A stretch of DNA of 63,607 nt, the filler included, from Lama guanicoe (lineage: Eukaryota): the NCBI GenBank assembly GCA_013239625.1. It is 156 parts of 156 records of this genome, joined end to end, with 100 filler letters (N's around TTAATTAATTAA, not from the genome) between each part and the next. Parts side by side here need not be neighbours in the genome. Positions count along the whole stretch, not along the records: positions 62,890 to 63,198 come from PNXV01055161.1; positions 63,299 to 63,607 come from PNXV01055162.1; 154 more parts are not named here. One strand, written 5' to 3'. The notes beneath the pieces were generated by a model. The model made no database searches, was not told the origin of the DNA, and worked only from the letters and a program-made list of their open reading frames with translations. Each line of letters starts with the position of its first letter. Position 1 is the stretch's first letter. Of the stretch, positions 63,111 through 63,607 are shown in pieces. Position numbers and translations under genes: made by a program.

Positions 63111-63298
63111 AATTATTTTTTGAATGTTTTGAGACTTCTTCCATGAACGTTCTGGACCTGGGCTTTTCTTGTTGGGAAGTTTTTTTATTCTGATTTCANN
63201 NNNNNNNNNNNNNNNNNNNNNNNNNNNNNNNNNNNNNNNNNNTTAATTAATTAANNNNNNNNNNNNNNNNNNNNNNNNNNNNNNNNNNNNNNNNNNNN

Positions 63299-63450
63299 GC
63301 TATAAAAACACATACAACACACAGCAATTCTACTCTTACATGTGTTCTAAAGACCTTTATACATGTGGACCAGGAGACATGCACCAGGATGTTCACAGAG
63401 GCAGAGATGGTAATAGCAAACAAATAAAAATAGAAATAACCAGAATTCTA
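63299..63450 (+). mobile_element. Ancient LINE-1 (L1ME-like) 3' remnant
   Basis: CAGCAATTCTACTC..ACATGTGGACCAGGAGACATGCACCAGGATGTTCACAG..GTAATAGCAAA. Confidence 0.65.
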
Positions 63451-63607
63451 TTATGGAAAAAGTTCTCAGAAAGATTCTCAGAATCTCTTTACCATTGACT
63501 AAGGACCCACAGAGCCTTTATGGGAAGAGATCATTCAGATTAAAATGCTCAGGGCAAGGGAAGACATCAGTGCTTTTCACTGAATTACTTGGCAGTGCAA
63601 TTGGTCT

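Overview
This window is not a contiguous locus. It is an artificial concatenation of 156 tiny unplaced contigs (305-309 bp; mostly 308 bp up to ~34.2 kb, mostly 309 bp afterwards, i.e. length-sorted). They are joined by 155 identical 100-bp linkers (44 N + TTAATTAATTAA + 44 N), a palindrome that gives stop codons in all six frames. Neighbouring fragments are unrelated, and nearly all listed ORFs are spurious. The DNA is mammalian and very probably camelid (alpaca/llama/camel), judging from tRNA-Ala-derived Vic-1-like SINEs and a camelid-type IGHV1 exon. Recognisable content: single coding exons of RAB4A, DCTN1 and NPNT; a truncated IGHV1 V-exon; three CpG-island/first-exon fragments; many L1, L2, MIR, MaLR/ERV LTR fragments and a Tigger1 transposase fragment; a ~249-bp tandem satellite, a 7-mer satellite and a minisatellite. 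Three pairs of contigs share exactly 49 identical bases at both ends but differ by ~6-9% internally (assembly-graph bubble arms from multi-copy or very divergent loci). I found no credible novel multi-gene system, and the CRISPR-like periodicity is an assembly artefact. Gene and repeat-family identifications are from recalled consensus sequences, not database searches.
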